DNA of 59,323 nt from an uncultured Pseudomonadales bacterium (GCA_964361885.1 CAYICL010000001.1:1-59323); one strand, 5' to 3'; positions 17,462 to 27,351 are shown, numbered from the stretch's first letter. The notes: a model not told the origin generated them from the letters alone. Numbers and translations: made by a program.

Positions 17462-17654
17462 GTTAGCAGAGTCTTTTAGTCTTAGCCTAAGCAAGATTGA
17501 TCTATTTTTGGAGTGCCCGCGGGGGCTTGGCGATGGTTCAGCTACAATCGCCGCACTGTCAGTAGCAACGGGAATATTTTCTTCTGTTTGGGCTATCAAC
17601 TTGGTTGTAAGGGCGGCCGCCTTATTTTACATGATAGAATAACGCAGAAGCAGC

Positions 17655-18737
17655 ATGAAAAAGATATTTCTGATTTTAACCGCGATTTTTTTATTGCTGG
17701 GATTAGCTAGCCCAACCCAGGCAAAAGAGAATCCTATCCTCATCCAGTTTTTCTGGGCGATCGGCTGCCCCCACTGCGCCAAAGAAGAAGTATTTCTGAA
17801 GTCTTTAGAATCAAAATATCCCCAGCTGGAAATCAAAGATTACGAGATTACGGCTAACCGCCAAAATTTATTATTATTGCAGGAAACCGGGAAAAAACTG
17901 AAAGCTGATGTTTCCGGCGTGCCGTTTACGGTTGTCGGGAACCAATATTTTTCCGGCTATTTGTCAGACAAGACCACCGGCAAAGATATTGAAGCGGCCA
18001 TCGCGGGAATTCCGCCGAACTTCAAATACAGCCATTTGCCCTTGCCGCTGCTGACACTAGTCATGGCCCTGCTGGATGGTTTTAATCCCTGTGCGATGTG
18101 GACGCTTCTTTTCCTGATCAGCCTGCTTTTAGGCATGAAAGATAGGCGGCGGATGTGGGCTTTGGGTATTGCCTTTATTGTTTCGTCTGCTTTTGTTTAT
18201 TTTCTGTTTTTATCTGCCTGGCTGAACTTATTTCTTTTCCTGGGTTTGGTAGTTTGGGTAAGAATTTTGATTGGTTTAGTGGCTCTGGGCGCCGGCGGGT
18301 ATTACTTGCGGGATTATTGGGTGAATAAATATGGCGCTTGCAAGGTTATGGGCAATGAAAGGCGGCAAAAGATGTTTGAGAAGATACGCAGTATTACGCG
18401 AAAGCGCCAATTTATTCTGGCTCTTGGTGGCATTATTCTTCTGGCGGTTGCCGTAAATCTGGTTGAACTAATTTGTTCGGCAGGACTGCCAGCAATTTAC
18501 ACCAAAATTTTAAGCCTCTCCAACCTGCCGACTTGGCAATATTATCTTTATCTTTTGCTTTATATCCTCATTTTTATGCTGGATGATTTATTTATCTTTT
18601 TTACGGCCATGATCACTCTGCAGGTAGTGGGGATCCAGAGTAAATACTCCCGTTTTTCCCATCTGGTTGGAGGCGTTTTGATGTTTATTATTGGCTTACT
18701 GCTTCTGTTTAAGCCGGAATGGCTGATGTTCGGATAG
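17655..18737 (+). CDS. thioredoxin-fold (CPHC) domain fused to CcdA/DsbD-like membrane thiol-disulfide domain
   Basis: Signal peptide, then WAIGCPHCAKEE, then a polytopic domain with LDGFNPCAMW. The extended -10 TGaTAGAAT sits at about 17628-17636. Confidence 0.6.
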   Translation: MKKIFLILTAIFLLLGLASPTQAKENPILIQFFWAIGCPHCAKEEVFLKSLESKYPQLEIKDYEITANRQNLLLLQETGKKLKADVSGVPFTVVGNQYFSGYLSDKTTGKDIEAAIAGIPPNFKYSHLPLPLLTLVMALLDGFNPCAMWTLLFLISLLLGMKDRRRMWALGIAFIVSSAFVYFLFLSAWLNLFLFLGLVVWVRILIGLVALGAGGYYLRDYWVNKYGACKVMGNERRQKMFEKIRSITRKRQFILALGGIILLAVAVNLVELICSAGLPAIYTKILSLSNLPTWQYYLYLLLYILIFMLDDLFIFFTAMITLQVVGIQSKYSRFSHLVGGVLMFIIGLLLLFKPEWLMFG

Positions 18738-18962
18738 CTGCATCGATTTTTTTGGTATACTATAGTGACGTCAAGGGTCTAGACCGTGACGCACAGCCAA
18801 TAAGAAGAAGAAAGCCGTCGAATGGCAAAAACAATTCTTAGATTTAGCCTTTATGTTCAATAAATTCAAAAATGACGATTTTGTCTTTATTCACTCTACT
18901 AAGGAAGATGGTGTTGGTAACTTCGAAGTAAATAAAATACCAGAATGGCCGGATTATATAGT

Positions 18963-19571
18963 TTAGATTTTGCTGCCATAGAATTTAATGATTGCCCGGG
19001 GAAAATTAAGTTTTACAAAACGGGTTTGAATGGCTGTTTGAGTCACGCCCCGGCCGGCCCATTTATTGGCCAAGGATTTCATTGCCTCAACCACTTCGTA
19101 GGGAAAAATAATCCAGGCGTCGGTGGTAAAGCCAAAGTAATCGGGTTTGATAACAGAACGGGGTTTGTAAAACAAAGTGGCGGTGGTAATGGTTTTAGCG
19201 CCTTTGGCTTTAAGGTGGGTTTGGGTGAATTTTAAGGAATGACCGGTATCAGTCACGTCATCAAACAATAAAATATTTTCTCCGGTAACTTTAACCGGCA
19301 AGTCCTGATAGATTTTAGGTTTAGCAAAAGTCCGGTTAATGCCGGAATAAAACTTGATGCCTAAGCTGGCGACTTTTTCAAGGGATAAAAAATCAACTAA
19401 AGACCGGGTCATCGGCCAACCGCCTTTGGCTAAAGTAATAATCCGGTCAAACTTCTCCCCGGCTTTGATCATGGCTTTGGCAAGGGTAAAAGCCAATTGA
19501 TTCAGATCATCCCAGCCAGGAGTGAGATATTGAATATTTTCATCCGGAAAACTAATTGGTGTAAAAATCAT
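18963..19571 (-). CDS. purine phosphoribosyltransferase (Hpt/Gpt-like)
   Basis: PRPP loop ILLFDDVTDTGHSL. Translationally coupled to folA (ATGA overlap). Confidence 0.8.
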   Translation of the reverse strand: MIFTPISFPDENIQYLTPGWDDLNQLAFTLAKAMIKAGEKFDRIITLAKGGWPMTRSLVDFLSLEKVASLGIKFYSGINRTFAKPKIYQDLPVKVTGENILLFDDVTDTGHSLKFTQTHLKAKGAKTITTATLFYKPRSVIKPDYFGFTTDAWIIFPYEVVEAMKSLANKWAGRGVTQTAIQTRFVKLNFPRAIIKFYGSKI

Positions 19572-20062
19572 AGTGACTTCTCCAATTCTATATATTTAAA
19601 AGAGTATTGTCCTTCTGAGTCAAAACTTTGATAGACGATCTTTCTGAATTGAGGGTAGGCCGGAAAAAAGACCTGGGCCTGATAATCACCTTTAACATGG
19701 GTAAGGTAAAGTTTGTCAACCAGGTTTTGGGCTAAAGCCTGGCGATAAATGTCGGCGCCGCCGATGATAAAAATCTCTTGACTGTCTTTGGTTTTGGCCA
19801 AATCAATGGCTTGAATCAAAGAGTCAACCTTTAAACAACCGGGGGCCTGAAACCGGGGATTCCGGGTGACAATAATGTTGGTCCTGCCCGGTAAAGCTTT
19901 AGCGATTGACTGATAGGTTTTACGGCCCATGATAATAGGATGACCAAGGGTAAGTTTTTTAAACCGCTTTAAGTCTTTTTTAATATGCCACAACAACCGA
20001 TTGTTGGCGCCAATCCCCAATTGGTCATCATGAGCCACAATAATAGAAACTTTGGGGGGCAT
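19568..20062 (-). CDS. folA: dihydrofolate reductase
   Basis: Blocks IVAHDDQLGIGANNRLLW, IMGRKTYQSI and FIIGGADIY. Confidence 0.9.
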   Translation of the reverse strand: MPPKVSIIVAHDDQLGIGANNRLLWHIKKDLKRFKKLTLGHPIIMGRKTYQSIAKALPGRTNIIVTRNPRFQAPGCLKVDSLIQAIDLAKTKDSQEIFIIGGADIYRQALAQNLVDKLYLTHVKGDYQAQVFFPAYPQFRKIVYQSFDSEGQYSFKYIELEKSL

Positions 20063-21033
20063 TAAAATCCTCCAACGACGGTAATATCGGCTTTAATGGG
20101 CGGATAAGGGTGATAGTCAACCACTTCAAAGTCGTTAAATTTGAACTGATCAATATTGGTAATCTTGGGGTTTAATTTCAGCTGGGGAAACGGCCGGGGC
20201 CGTCTTTTTAGCTGCTGTTTAACGGCGGATAAGTGATTGGCGTAAATATGGGCGTCTCCAAAAGTGTGGACAAACTCACCGGGCTGATAACCGGTAACCT
20301 GGGCCAGCATTAAGGTTAAAAGCGCGTAGCTGGCAATATTAAAAGGCACGCCTAAAAACATATCGGCAGAGCGCTGGTATAAAAGAAGGGAGAGTTTGTT
20401 GCCGGTAATGTTGATATGAAACAGGGTGTGACAAGGAGCAATGACCATAGAAGCGCTGCGGCTGCCGGACATTTCATAAATACAGCCGGCATTCCAGGCG
20501 GAGATAACGTAGTGTTTTTTTTGAGGAAATTTTTTAATCTTGTCGATTGCCCAGCCCAGCTGGTCAACGGTCCGGCCCCGCAAATCAGCCTTAGGGCTGA
20601 GCGGGGCTGTAGGCCATCTCCGCCACTGAACGCCGTAAACCGGACCTAACTCGCCCCATTGGTTTAAGAAGGCTTTGTCGATTTGAATTTTTTCAATAAA
20701 AGCTTTGTAAGTCAAAGGCTTAGTCGTTTTAGCTTCCATAGCCCAAGTATATTTTTTGTAGGCCCATTCATCCCAAATGTGAACATTGTTGTCAACCAGG
20801 TATTTAATGTTGGATTCGCCGGACAAAAACCAGAGCAGCTCATGAATAATGCCGCGGACAAAAACTTTTTTGGTGGTTAATAAGGGAAAGCCCTTTGATA
20901 AATCAAAGCGGATCTGGCGGCCAAAAACCGATTTTAATTTAACGCCGGTGGAGTGGCTGATTTTCCAGCTGCCGTTTACTAAAATATCCTGTAAAAGATC
21001 AAGGTATTGATATTCCGGATGTTTTGAAACCAT
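20062..21033 (-). CDS. thyA: thymidylate synthase (long ThyA form)
   Basis: Blocks GVQWRRW, IAPCHTLF (catalytic Cys), YQRSADMFLGVPFNIASYALL and FGDAHIY. At 323 aa it is about 50-60 aa longer than the short (~264-aa) ThyA form, though the position of the extra residues was not mapped. Confidence 0.95.
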   Translation of the reverse strand: MVSKHPEYQYLDLLQDILVNGSWKISHSTGVKLKSVFGRQIRFDLSKGFPLLTTKKVFVRGIIHELLWFLSGESNIKYLVDNNVHIWDEWAYKKYTWAMEAKTTKPLTYKAFIEKIQIDKAFLNQWGELGPVYGVQWRRWPTAPLSPKADLRGRTVDQLGWAIDKIKKFPQKKHYVISAWNAGCIYEMSGSRSASMVIAPCHTLFHINITGNKLSLLLYQRSADMFLGVPFNIASYALLTLMLAQVTGYQPGEFVHTFGDAHIYANHLSAVKQQLKRRPRPFPQLKLNPKITNIDQFKFNDFEVVDYHPYPPIKADITVVGGF

Positions 21034-21039
21034 AGATCT

Positions 21040-21068
21040 AATTTACTGGTAATCGAGAGCGGTTTCAA
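21040..21068 (-). promoter_or_regulatory. thyA operon promoter TTGAAA-17-TAAATT
   Basis: The minus strand has TTGAAA (21068-21063), a 17-nt spacer and TAAATT (21045-21040), with 6 nt to the ATG at 21033. Confidence 0.45.
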
Positions 21069-21128
21069 GTAGTGTTAAAAATAAAGTTTTCTGATATGAT
21101 GAAGTGTTATTAATAAAAAAGGAAGTTT

Positions 21129-21710
21129 ATGAAAAAAGCCAAAATAATTAAAAGAGCCAAAATTATAGTGATTGTCTTGGCTTTAGCCGGCTTATTATTT
21201 CTGGTTAAAAGCCAGGTGGTAGTCGCCATAGTTAACGGCCGGCCGATTTGGAGACTGACTTATGTTAAAACTTTGGAAAAAATGGCCGGACAGCAAGTCT
21301 TAGACAACTTAGTCACCAATAAACTGATTTTACAAGAAGCGGCCAAACAAAATATCAAAGTCAGCGATGAAGAGATTAAAGCAGAAATTGATAAATATAA
21401 AGAGCTGATGAAACAACAGGGCCAGGATTTTGATCAGATATTGGCAGTTCAAGGCTTAACCATAAAAGACGTGGAAGAGTCGATCAAAACCAATAAATTA
21501 CTCGACAAGCTGGCCGGTACAGTTGAAGTAACCGAAGCAGAGATAGCCGAATATATTAAAACCAATACAGAAGTGCTGCCGAAAACAGCCAGTGAAAATG
21601 AACTAAAAGACAGTGTTAAAAAGCAGCTGGAACAGCAAAAATTAAGCACCAAGATTCAAGAACTGGTAACGGCTTTACAGGAAAAGGCCAAGATCATTAA
21701 GTGGCTTTAG
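21129..21710 (+). CDS. SurA N-terminal-like / PrsA-like chaperone domain protein (no PPIase domain seen)
   Basis: N-terminal TM followed by the helical domain VLDNLVTNKLILQEAAK..VSDEEIKAEIDK. SD AAGGAAG lies upstream. Confidence 0.5.
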   Translation: MKKAKIIKRAKIIVIVLALAGLLFLVKSQVVVAIVNGRPIWRLTYVKTLEKMAGQQVLDNLVTNKLILQEAAKQNIKVSDEEIKAEIDKYKELMKQQGQDFDQILAVQGLTIKDVEESIKTNKLLDKLAGTVEVTEAEIAEYIKTNTEVLPKTASENELKDSVKKQLEQQKLSTKIQELVTALQEKAKIIKWL

Positions 21711-22503
21711 CAGTTAACGGGTAGTCAACCGGACCTAAGGGGATTTGATTGTTGGGATCATCAACAAACAAAACCAAGGTTTTACCGACCGTACGTTTGG
21801 GATAAAAACCTAAATCAGACATGACGGCAGGCGAACCGCCGAATTGTTTGCCGGTCCATTTGGCCGGACCGGCATCGGCAATGACGGCAACGACAGCAGC
21901 GCCGGTTTGAGGATTAATCACCAAAACTTTCCGATATTTATACCAATCCCTTAACTCTTTTAACCGGGAGTTCCAGTCGGGCAGGTAAAGAGTTTGGACA
22001 GCTAAATAGTATTTTTCCCTAGCGATATCCAGGCTGGCCAGCCGGGCTTGACTGTTGGCAAAATAGCCCCAAGCGGCTTTATTGGGAGCCAGGCCAACTT
22101 CAGGAAAATTACGACCCTGGATGGTGTCGCCGGGATAGCGCTTTAAGTGCTGTTCCAAACCCATCAAACCAAGCTGGTGGTTTAAGCGATTGCCATTAAG
22201 CTCAACCCTGGCCTTAATTCCTAAAGTGCGGAAAACGGCAGCAGTTAAAGCGGTTTCCTCGGTTTCGGTTAAAACCCGAGGAGTTGGGGGTAATGTCCGG
22301 CCCAGAGCTTTAACCAAGATCTGGTTTAACTCTTTTTTGGTCACCAGACCGGACGGTAAACGCAGTTCGGGCGGTTTATCGGGCAGGGCTTTGATGTTTT
22401 CCGAGCCGGAAGATAAAAGCAGGGTGCCGGCCAGACTGGCGCCGGCGAGCAGATTTTTGGCAGTAATGTTTTTGCGTTTAGCTTTTAAGGATTTTTTGGG
22501 CAT
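21697..22503 (-). CDS. secreted protein with possible RlpA-like double-psi beta-barrel C-terminus
   Basis: Signal/TM N-terminus. The C-terminal VLVINPQTGAAVVAVIADAGPAKW..AVMSDLGF resembles the V.V.N..G..V.V.V.D.GP...DLS pattern of DPBB domains. Confidence 0.4.
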   Translation of the reverse strand: MPKKSLKAKRKNITAKNLLAGASLAGTLLLSSGSENIKALPDKPPELRLPSGLVTKKELNQILVKALGRTLPPTPRVLTETEETALTAAVFRTLGIKARVELNGNRLNHQLGLMGLEQHLKRYPGDTIQGRNFPEVGLAPNKAAWGYFANSQARLASLDIAREKYYLAVQTLYLPDWNSRLKELRDWYKYRKVLVINPQTGAAVVAVIADAGPAKWTGKQFGGSPAVMSDLGFYPKRTVGKTLVLFVDDPNNQIPLGPVDYPLTAKAT

Positions 22504-23908
22504 AAGTTAACCGGGATAAAACTAGTTTTTGACCGAGAATTTCCAGGGTATCAAATAAAGGCGGGGTGGCCGGCCGGCCGGTGACGGCCAGACGAATAGT
22601 CATAAAAGCCGGCCTGGGTTTTAAGCCAAGCTCCCGCTGAAGCTGGTGTAAGACAGTTTCAAGCTGGTGACCGGTCCAAGGAGAAACGGATTTAAGTTTA
22701 GCTTGAACTTGGGTTAGATAAGCAGCCGTAGCCTGACGGTCCTGCCCGGATTCTTTTAAGATTAATTTTGGGTCAATGGTTGGATCGGTGATAAAGTATT
22801 CGGTTAAATCTTTAAGCTGGGAAAGTGATTCCAGCCTGTCTTTAATCAAGGGCCAGACGGCTTTAAGCTTTTCAACAGACAGATTTTTAGGCCGGAAGGG
22901 TGCCAATCTTTGCAGTAAAACTTTGTCCGGCAAGCGCCTGATCCATTGACCGTTAAGCCAGTTTAACTTATCCAGGTCGGCAATCGGACCCTGAATATGC
23001 AGGTCTTCGAATTTAAAGTGCTTGATCAAATCCTGAAGGGAAAAAATCTCCTGACCTTGAGGGTGATTCCAAACCCGGGTGGCTAAAAAATTAATGACGG
23101 CTTCGGGTAGATAACCTTGCTTGATATACCAAGAAACCGAGGCATGGCCGCGGCGCTTGGAAAGTTTTGACCGGTCAGGATTTCGCAGCAGCGGGGTGTG
23201 GATAAATTGAGGCGGCTGCCAGTTAAAGTATTGATACAAAAGCAGGTGCTTGGGGGCGGAACTGAGCCACTCTTCGCCCCGGACCACATGGGTGATTTTC
23301 ATCAAATGATCATCAACTACCACGGCTAAATGATAAGTCGGAAAACCGTCGGACTTAAGTAAAATCTGATCATCAACCACTGAACTGTCAAATTTGATTG
23401 AGCCCCGGATCAAATCTTTAATTACGATGGTTTGATGATGAGGAATCTTCATCCGGATGACAAAGGGTTTGGTTTGAGCCATCAGCTGGGCTTGTTTAGG
23501 ATCAAGCGAGCGGCAGAGACGGTCATACATGGGCGGTAAACCCTGTTGCTGCAGACTTTGCCTGACTTGATCAAGGCGTTGACCGGAGCAAAAACAGTAA
23601 TAGGCATGACCCTGATCAATAAGATCAAGAGCGTGTTTTTTATAGATTGCCAAGCGTTCGGATTGACGGTAAGGGCCAAATGAACCGCCATGAAGCGGGC
23701 TTTCGTCAGGAGTCAGATTAAGCCAGTCTAAAGCTTTAAAAATAGCGGTTTCAGAGTTTTTGACTTGACGGGCTTGATCGGTGTCTTCGATCCGGACAAT
23801 AAACCGGCCATGATTTTTTTTAGCAAAAACATAATCAAACAGGGCTTGGAATAAAGTCCCGATATGGGGATCGCCGGTGGGCGACGGAGCCAATCTGGTT
23901 CTGACCAT
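22478..23908 (-). CDS. gltX: glutamate--tRNA ligase
   Basis: APSPTGDPHIGT (HIGH motif) and KLSKRR (KMSKS motif). 476 aa. Confidence 0.93.
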   Translation of the reverse strand: MVRTRLAPSPTGDPHIGTLFQALFDYVFAKKNHGRFIVRIEDTDQARQVKNSETAIFKALDWLNLTPDESPLHGGSFGPYRQSERLAIYKKHALDLIDQGHAYYCFCSGQRLDQVRQSLQQQGLPPMYDRLCRSLDPKQAQLMAQTKPFVIRMKIPHHQTIVIKDLIRGSIKFDSSVVDDQILLKSDGFPTYHLAVVVDDHLMKITHVVRGEEWLSSAPKHLLLYQYFNWQPPQFIHTPLLRNPDRSKLSKRRGHASVSWYIKQGYLPEAVINFLATRVWNHPQGQEIFSLQDLIKHFKFEDLHIQGPIADLDKLNWLNGQWIRRLPDKVLLQRLAPFRPKNLSVEKLKAVWPLIKDRLESLSQLKDLTEYFITDPTIDPKLILKESGQDRQATAAYLTQVQAKLKSVSPWTGHQLETVLHQLQRELGLKPRPAFMTIRLAVTGRPATPPLFDTLEILGQKLVLSRLTYAQKILKS

Positions 23909-23952
23909 ATAAGTTGAATTCTAACAGACTATGCGGTTATACTCAAAGAGGT

Positions 23953-25023
23953 ATGGCAACATTAACAGAAACAGCCGAATCGGTGAGAAAGATAATTAAG
24001 CTGGCTGGATTGGCTTTAGGAGTATTTTTATTAATCAGGTTTGGCTGGTTTATCTTTAATACCTATTTAAGAGTGGTGAATCCGCCTCCGCCGCCGCCGC
24101 CGACCGTGACTTTCGGCAAACTGCCAACAATAAATTTTCCGGAAAAGCTGCATCCGGAACTGACTTTAAGGCTGGAAACGCCTACGGGCGGAACACCAGC
24201 TTTAAGCGACCGGATTGAAGTTTACCTGATGCCAACCTTCAGATCCAGTTTTATGGCTTTAGATGAAGCTAAGCTGACTGCCGATAAACTTGGTTTTGAG
24301 GCGGAAGCGAAAGAAATTACCGAGAGAAGGTTCAGATGGGAAAACAATGAGTTTCTACCCAGCACTTTAGAGATGGATATTATTGACGGCTCGTTTACTT
24401 TAAAAAGAAACTGGCAGGCAGATCCGACGATTTTGTCGGAAAAACAGCTGCCGGGAAAAGAGCAAACTGTGGTGGAAGCCAAGAATTTTTTAAGACAGGC
24501 GGGTTTGAGCAGTGAAGAGTTGGATCGAGCCGAGGTGAAAATTAATTATTTAACTTTTTCGGCCGGACAATATATTAAAGCCCCAAGTTTGTCGGAAGCT
24601 GATTTTGTTCAAGCGGATCTGTTTCGACCCCAAGTGAATGAAAAACCGGTGCTGCCGACCGATCCGGAAAAAGGCATTGTCAGAATCATTTTTTCCGGCT
24701 CCAGAGAAGCGGAGAAGCGAGTGATACAGGCGGAGTATAACTATTTTCCGATAAACATGGAGCAGACGGCTACTTATCCGATCAAGACGGCCAGCCAAGC
24801 CTGGCGGGAACTGCAAACCAGGCAGGGTTTTATTGCCAGTATCGGTGATAATCCAAACGGAGTGGTGGCGATCAGAAGAATATACTTAGGCTACTATGAC
24901 GGTGAAACTTCCAATGGCTTTTTACTGCCTTTAATTGTGTTTGAAGGCGATAATGGCTTTTTTGGCTATGTTCAGGCGATTACGAACGAATGGCTGGAGG
25001 AAGGGTTTGCCAGCGGAAATTAG
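23953..25023 (+). CDS. membrane-anchored hypothetical protein with poly-Pro linker
   Basis: ATG at 23953 with SD AAGAGG (the tracked ORF starts at an upstream TTG). One TM is followed by a PPPPPPP linker. Confidence 0.55.
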   Translation: MATLTETAESVRKIIKLAGLALGVFLLIRFGWFIFNTYLRVVNPPPPPPPTVTFGKLPTINFPEKLHPELTLRLETPTGGTPALSDRIEVYLMPTFRSSFMALDEAKLTADKLGFEAEAKEITERRFRWENNEFLPSTLEMDIIDGSFTLKRNWQADPTILSEKQLPGKEQTVVEAKNFLRQAGLSSEELDRAEVKINYLTFSAGQYIKAPSLSEADFVQADLFRPQVNEKPVLPTDPEKGIVRIIFSGSREAEKRVIQAEYNYFPINMEQTATYPIKTASQAWRELQTRQGFIASIGDNPNGVVAIRRIYLGYYDGETSNGFLLPLIVFEGDNGFFGYVQAITNEWLEEGFASGN

Positions 25024-25930
25024 TAAAAACCCAGTTAATTAATTTAAGAGTGTCGTTAAAACGGTCGGTGCTGGCTAAAACCACGGTAATGATCGAGTGG
25101 CCCTGTCTTTGGGTATAGGTAATCAAACATTCACCGGCCAGCTGAGTATAACCGGTTTTAACCCCGGCCAGACCCGGGACTTGACCAAGGAGCTGATTGA
25201 TATTGGTAAGCTCGTGGGTTTGAGTCTTGTCAACGTCGGTAACCGTTAAGCCGATAGTCGCCACGGTTTTTTTAAAGATCGGGTTGTCTAAGGCGGCGGC
25301 AGTTAACAGACTTAAATCATGAACCGTGGTGTACTGGCCATAATCGTCCAGGCCAATCGGGTTGGTAAACTGGGTTTGAAATAAATGCAAACTTTTGGCT
25401 TTTTGATTCATCGCAACGACAAAGCCGGGTTGGCCTTGGGGATAAGCTTGGGCTAAAGCGATGGCGGCATCATTGGCCGATCCGACCAAAAGGCCATATA
25501 AGAGATTCTCAACCGTGATTCTTTCTCCTGGTTTTAAGTCCATATTAACCGGTTCGGTTTGAATATTACCGATAGTAATAATCTCGTTTAAAGCATAATG
25601 GTCCAAAACAACTAAGGCAGTCATAATTTTGGTGGTGGAGGCCGGCAAAAGTCTTAAATCGGGGTTTTGAGAAAAAATAATAGTTTTAGTGTCCGCATCA
25701 ATCACGATTACTCCCCTAGCCGTCAGGTAAGGAGGCGGAACCTGATTCAAGTTAACCGGATATTGAGAGGCCGGCAAAAACTGGTAGTTAACCGGCCGGA
25801 CTAAAGGCTTAAACTGACTTAAATCAAGCTGATAGTAGTAATTATTACCGGGAAGCAAAGCTAAACCGATAAAGACCAAAATAAATTTAAATTGAAGCAA
25901 GGGCTTAAACGGCTGAAGAGCTTTGATCAT
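24980..25930 (-). CDS. D-alanyl-D-alanine carboxypeptidase (S11 PBP5-like)
   Basis: SxxK (ASTTK), SxN (GSAND) and KTG (VKTGYT) motifs. Confidence 0.85.
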   Translation of the reverse strand: MIKALQPFKPLLQFKFILVFIGLALLPGNNYYYQLDLSQFKPLVRPVNYQFLPASQYPVNLNQVPPPYLTARGVIVIDADTKTIIFSQNPDLRLLPASTTKIMTALVVLDHYALNEIITIGNIQTEPVNMDLKPGERITVENLLYGLLVGSANDAAIALAQAYPQGQPGFVVAMNQKAKSLHLFQTQFTNPIGLDDYGQYTTVHDLSLLTAAALDNPIFKKTVATIGLTVTDVDKTQTHELTNINQLLGQVPGLAGVKTGYTQLAGECLITYTQRQGHSIITVVLASTDRFNDTLKLINWVFTNFRWQTLPPAIRS

Positions 25931-27321
25931 TTGACGACTTTTAGATGGAGTTCTTTAAGTTGTTCCTGTTCAGGCTCAGACGGAGCGTCAACGACGGCAG
26001 TCTGACCGGAAGCAATCGCCGGAAAAGCCATGACTTCCCTCAAGTTAGGCTCATTAAAGATCACCATTAGCAAACGGTCAATGCCGGGAGCAATGCCGCC
26101 ATGAGGCGGAACGCCGTATTGAAAAGCAGTCAGCATGTGCTCAAACTGTTGTTTTTGAGCTGAGGTAAAACCAATCAATTCAAAGACTTTTTCCTGAATT
26201 TTCGGATCATGGATCCGGATACTGCCGCCGCCGACTTCGTAACCATTTAAGACCAGATCATGCTGAAGGCCGCGGACTTTTAAAGGGTCTTTGTCCAGAA
26301 GCCGGACATCATCCGGATGAGGGCTGGTAAACATGTGATGGGAAGGAGCCAGTTTGGCGTTTTTACCGGCACCGTGAAAATAATCCTCCCGGGATTGTTT
26401 GGTAAATAAGGGAAAATCAATAATCCAAGCAAAGGCCAGCTCGTCAGGGTCTTTCTTATTCTTTCTTAAGTCAGGCTTGTCAGAACCGAATTTTTTCCGG
26501 GCCTCACTATGAGAGATTCTTGGCCAAGGCGTTTGAGTGATGGTTTTATCAGGAAAGATGGCTTTGATTAACCGGGTGAATAAGCTTTCGGTTAATTCCA
26601 GAATGTCGTTTTGGGTGACGAAAGACATTTCCAGATCCAGCTGGGTGAACTCGCCATAAGCCCGGTCATGGCGGGGATCTTCATCCCTAAAACACTTGGC
26701 AATCTGAAAGTAGCGTTCAAAACCGGCAACCATTAATAACTGTTTGTATTGCTGAGGGCTTTGAGGCAAGGCATAGAATTTGCCGGGCTGGAGCCGGGAG
26801 GGAACCAAAAAGTCCCGGGCGCCTTCAGGGGTGGTTTTGGTTAAGATGGGAGTTTCGATTTCGACAAAATCTAAATCTACCAGAAAATCGCGGATGAATT
26901 TAACCACCTGAGACCGGGTTTTGATAATCCGGTTTAAGCGGGGCCGGCGCAAATCCAGATAGCGGTATTTTAAGCGAACGGTTTCATCAATATCATGACC
27001 ATCGGACTGAATCGGAAACGGCAGTTCTTTGGAAGTGGTGATCACCTCGATCGTTCCGGCCTGAATTTCAACCGTGCCGGTGGCTAATTTCGGATTAACC
27101 AAATTGGCAGGCCGTTTAACGACTTTGCCGGTAACAGCCACCACTGATTCGGGTTTAAGTCCGGTTTTAAGGTTTTGACTGACTACTTGGACCAGACCAG
27201 AGCGATCCCGTAAATCAAAAAAGGTAATCCGACCATGGCTTCTAACCGAGTTAACCCAGCCTTGAAGAAAAACGGTTTTGGCGATGTATTTTGGAGTAGT
27301 TTGTGATAAAATCCGCTGCAT
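25927..27321 (-). CDS. aspS: aspartate--tRNA ligase, bacterial-type but lacking the GAD insertion domain
   Basis: OB-fold N-terminus, FRDEDPRHDR..EFTQLDLEMSF, GGGSIRIH and GIAPGIDRL. GSDKPDLR runs almost directly into WIIDFPLF. 464 aa. Confidence 0.9.
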   Translation of the reverse strand: MQRILSQTTPKYIAKTVFLQGWVNSVRSHGRITFFDLRDRSGLVQVVSQNLKTGLKPESVVAVTGKVVKRPANLVNPKLATGTVEIQAGTIEVITTSKELPFPIQSDGHDIDETVRLKYRYLDLRRPRLNRIIKTRSQVVKFIRDFLVDLDFVEIETPILTKTTPEGARDFLVPSRLQPGKFYALPQSPQQYKQLLMVAGFERYFQIAKCFRDEDPRHDRAYGEFTQLDLEMSFVTQNDILELTESLFTRLIKAIFPDKTITQTPWPRISHSEARKKFGSDKPDLRKNKKDPDELAFAWIIDFPLFTKQSREDYFHGAGKNAKLAPSHHMFTSPHPDDVRLLDKDPLKVRGLQHDLVLNGYEVGGGSIRIHDPKIQEKVFELIGFTSAQKQQFEHMLTAFQYGVPPHGGIAPGIDRLLMVIFNEPNLREVMAFPAIASGQTAVVDAPSEPEQEQLKELHLKVVK

Positions 27322-27351
27322 CTATTTGATTGTATCTTAAAAACAGATAAT

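Noticed and set aside
22190-22510. 106-aa plus-strand ORF antisense to 21697..22503
   Set aside because: It is fully antisense to a signal-peptide-bearing ORF that fits the operon context, and it has no start signals.
24081-24105. CCG-rich simple repeat (ccgcctccgccgccgccgccgacc)
   Set aside because: It encodes the in-frame poly-Pro linker (PPPPPPPP) of the membrane-anchored protein 23953..25023. It is a low-complexity coding feature, not a repeat element or CRISPR-like unit.
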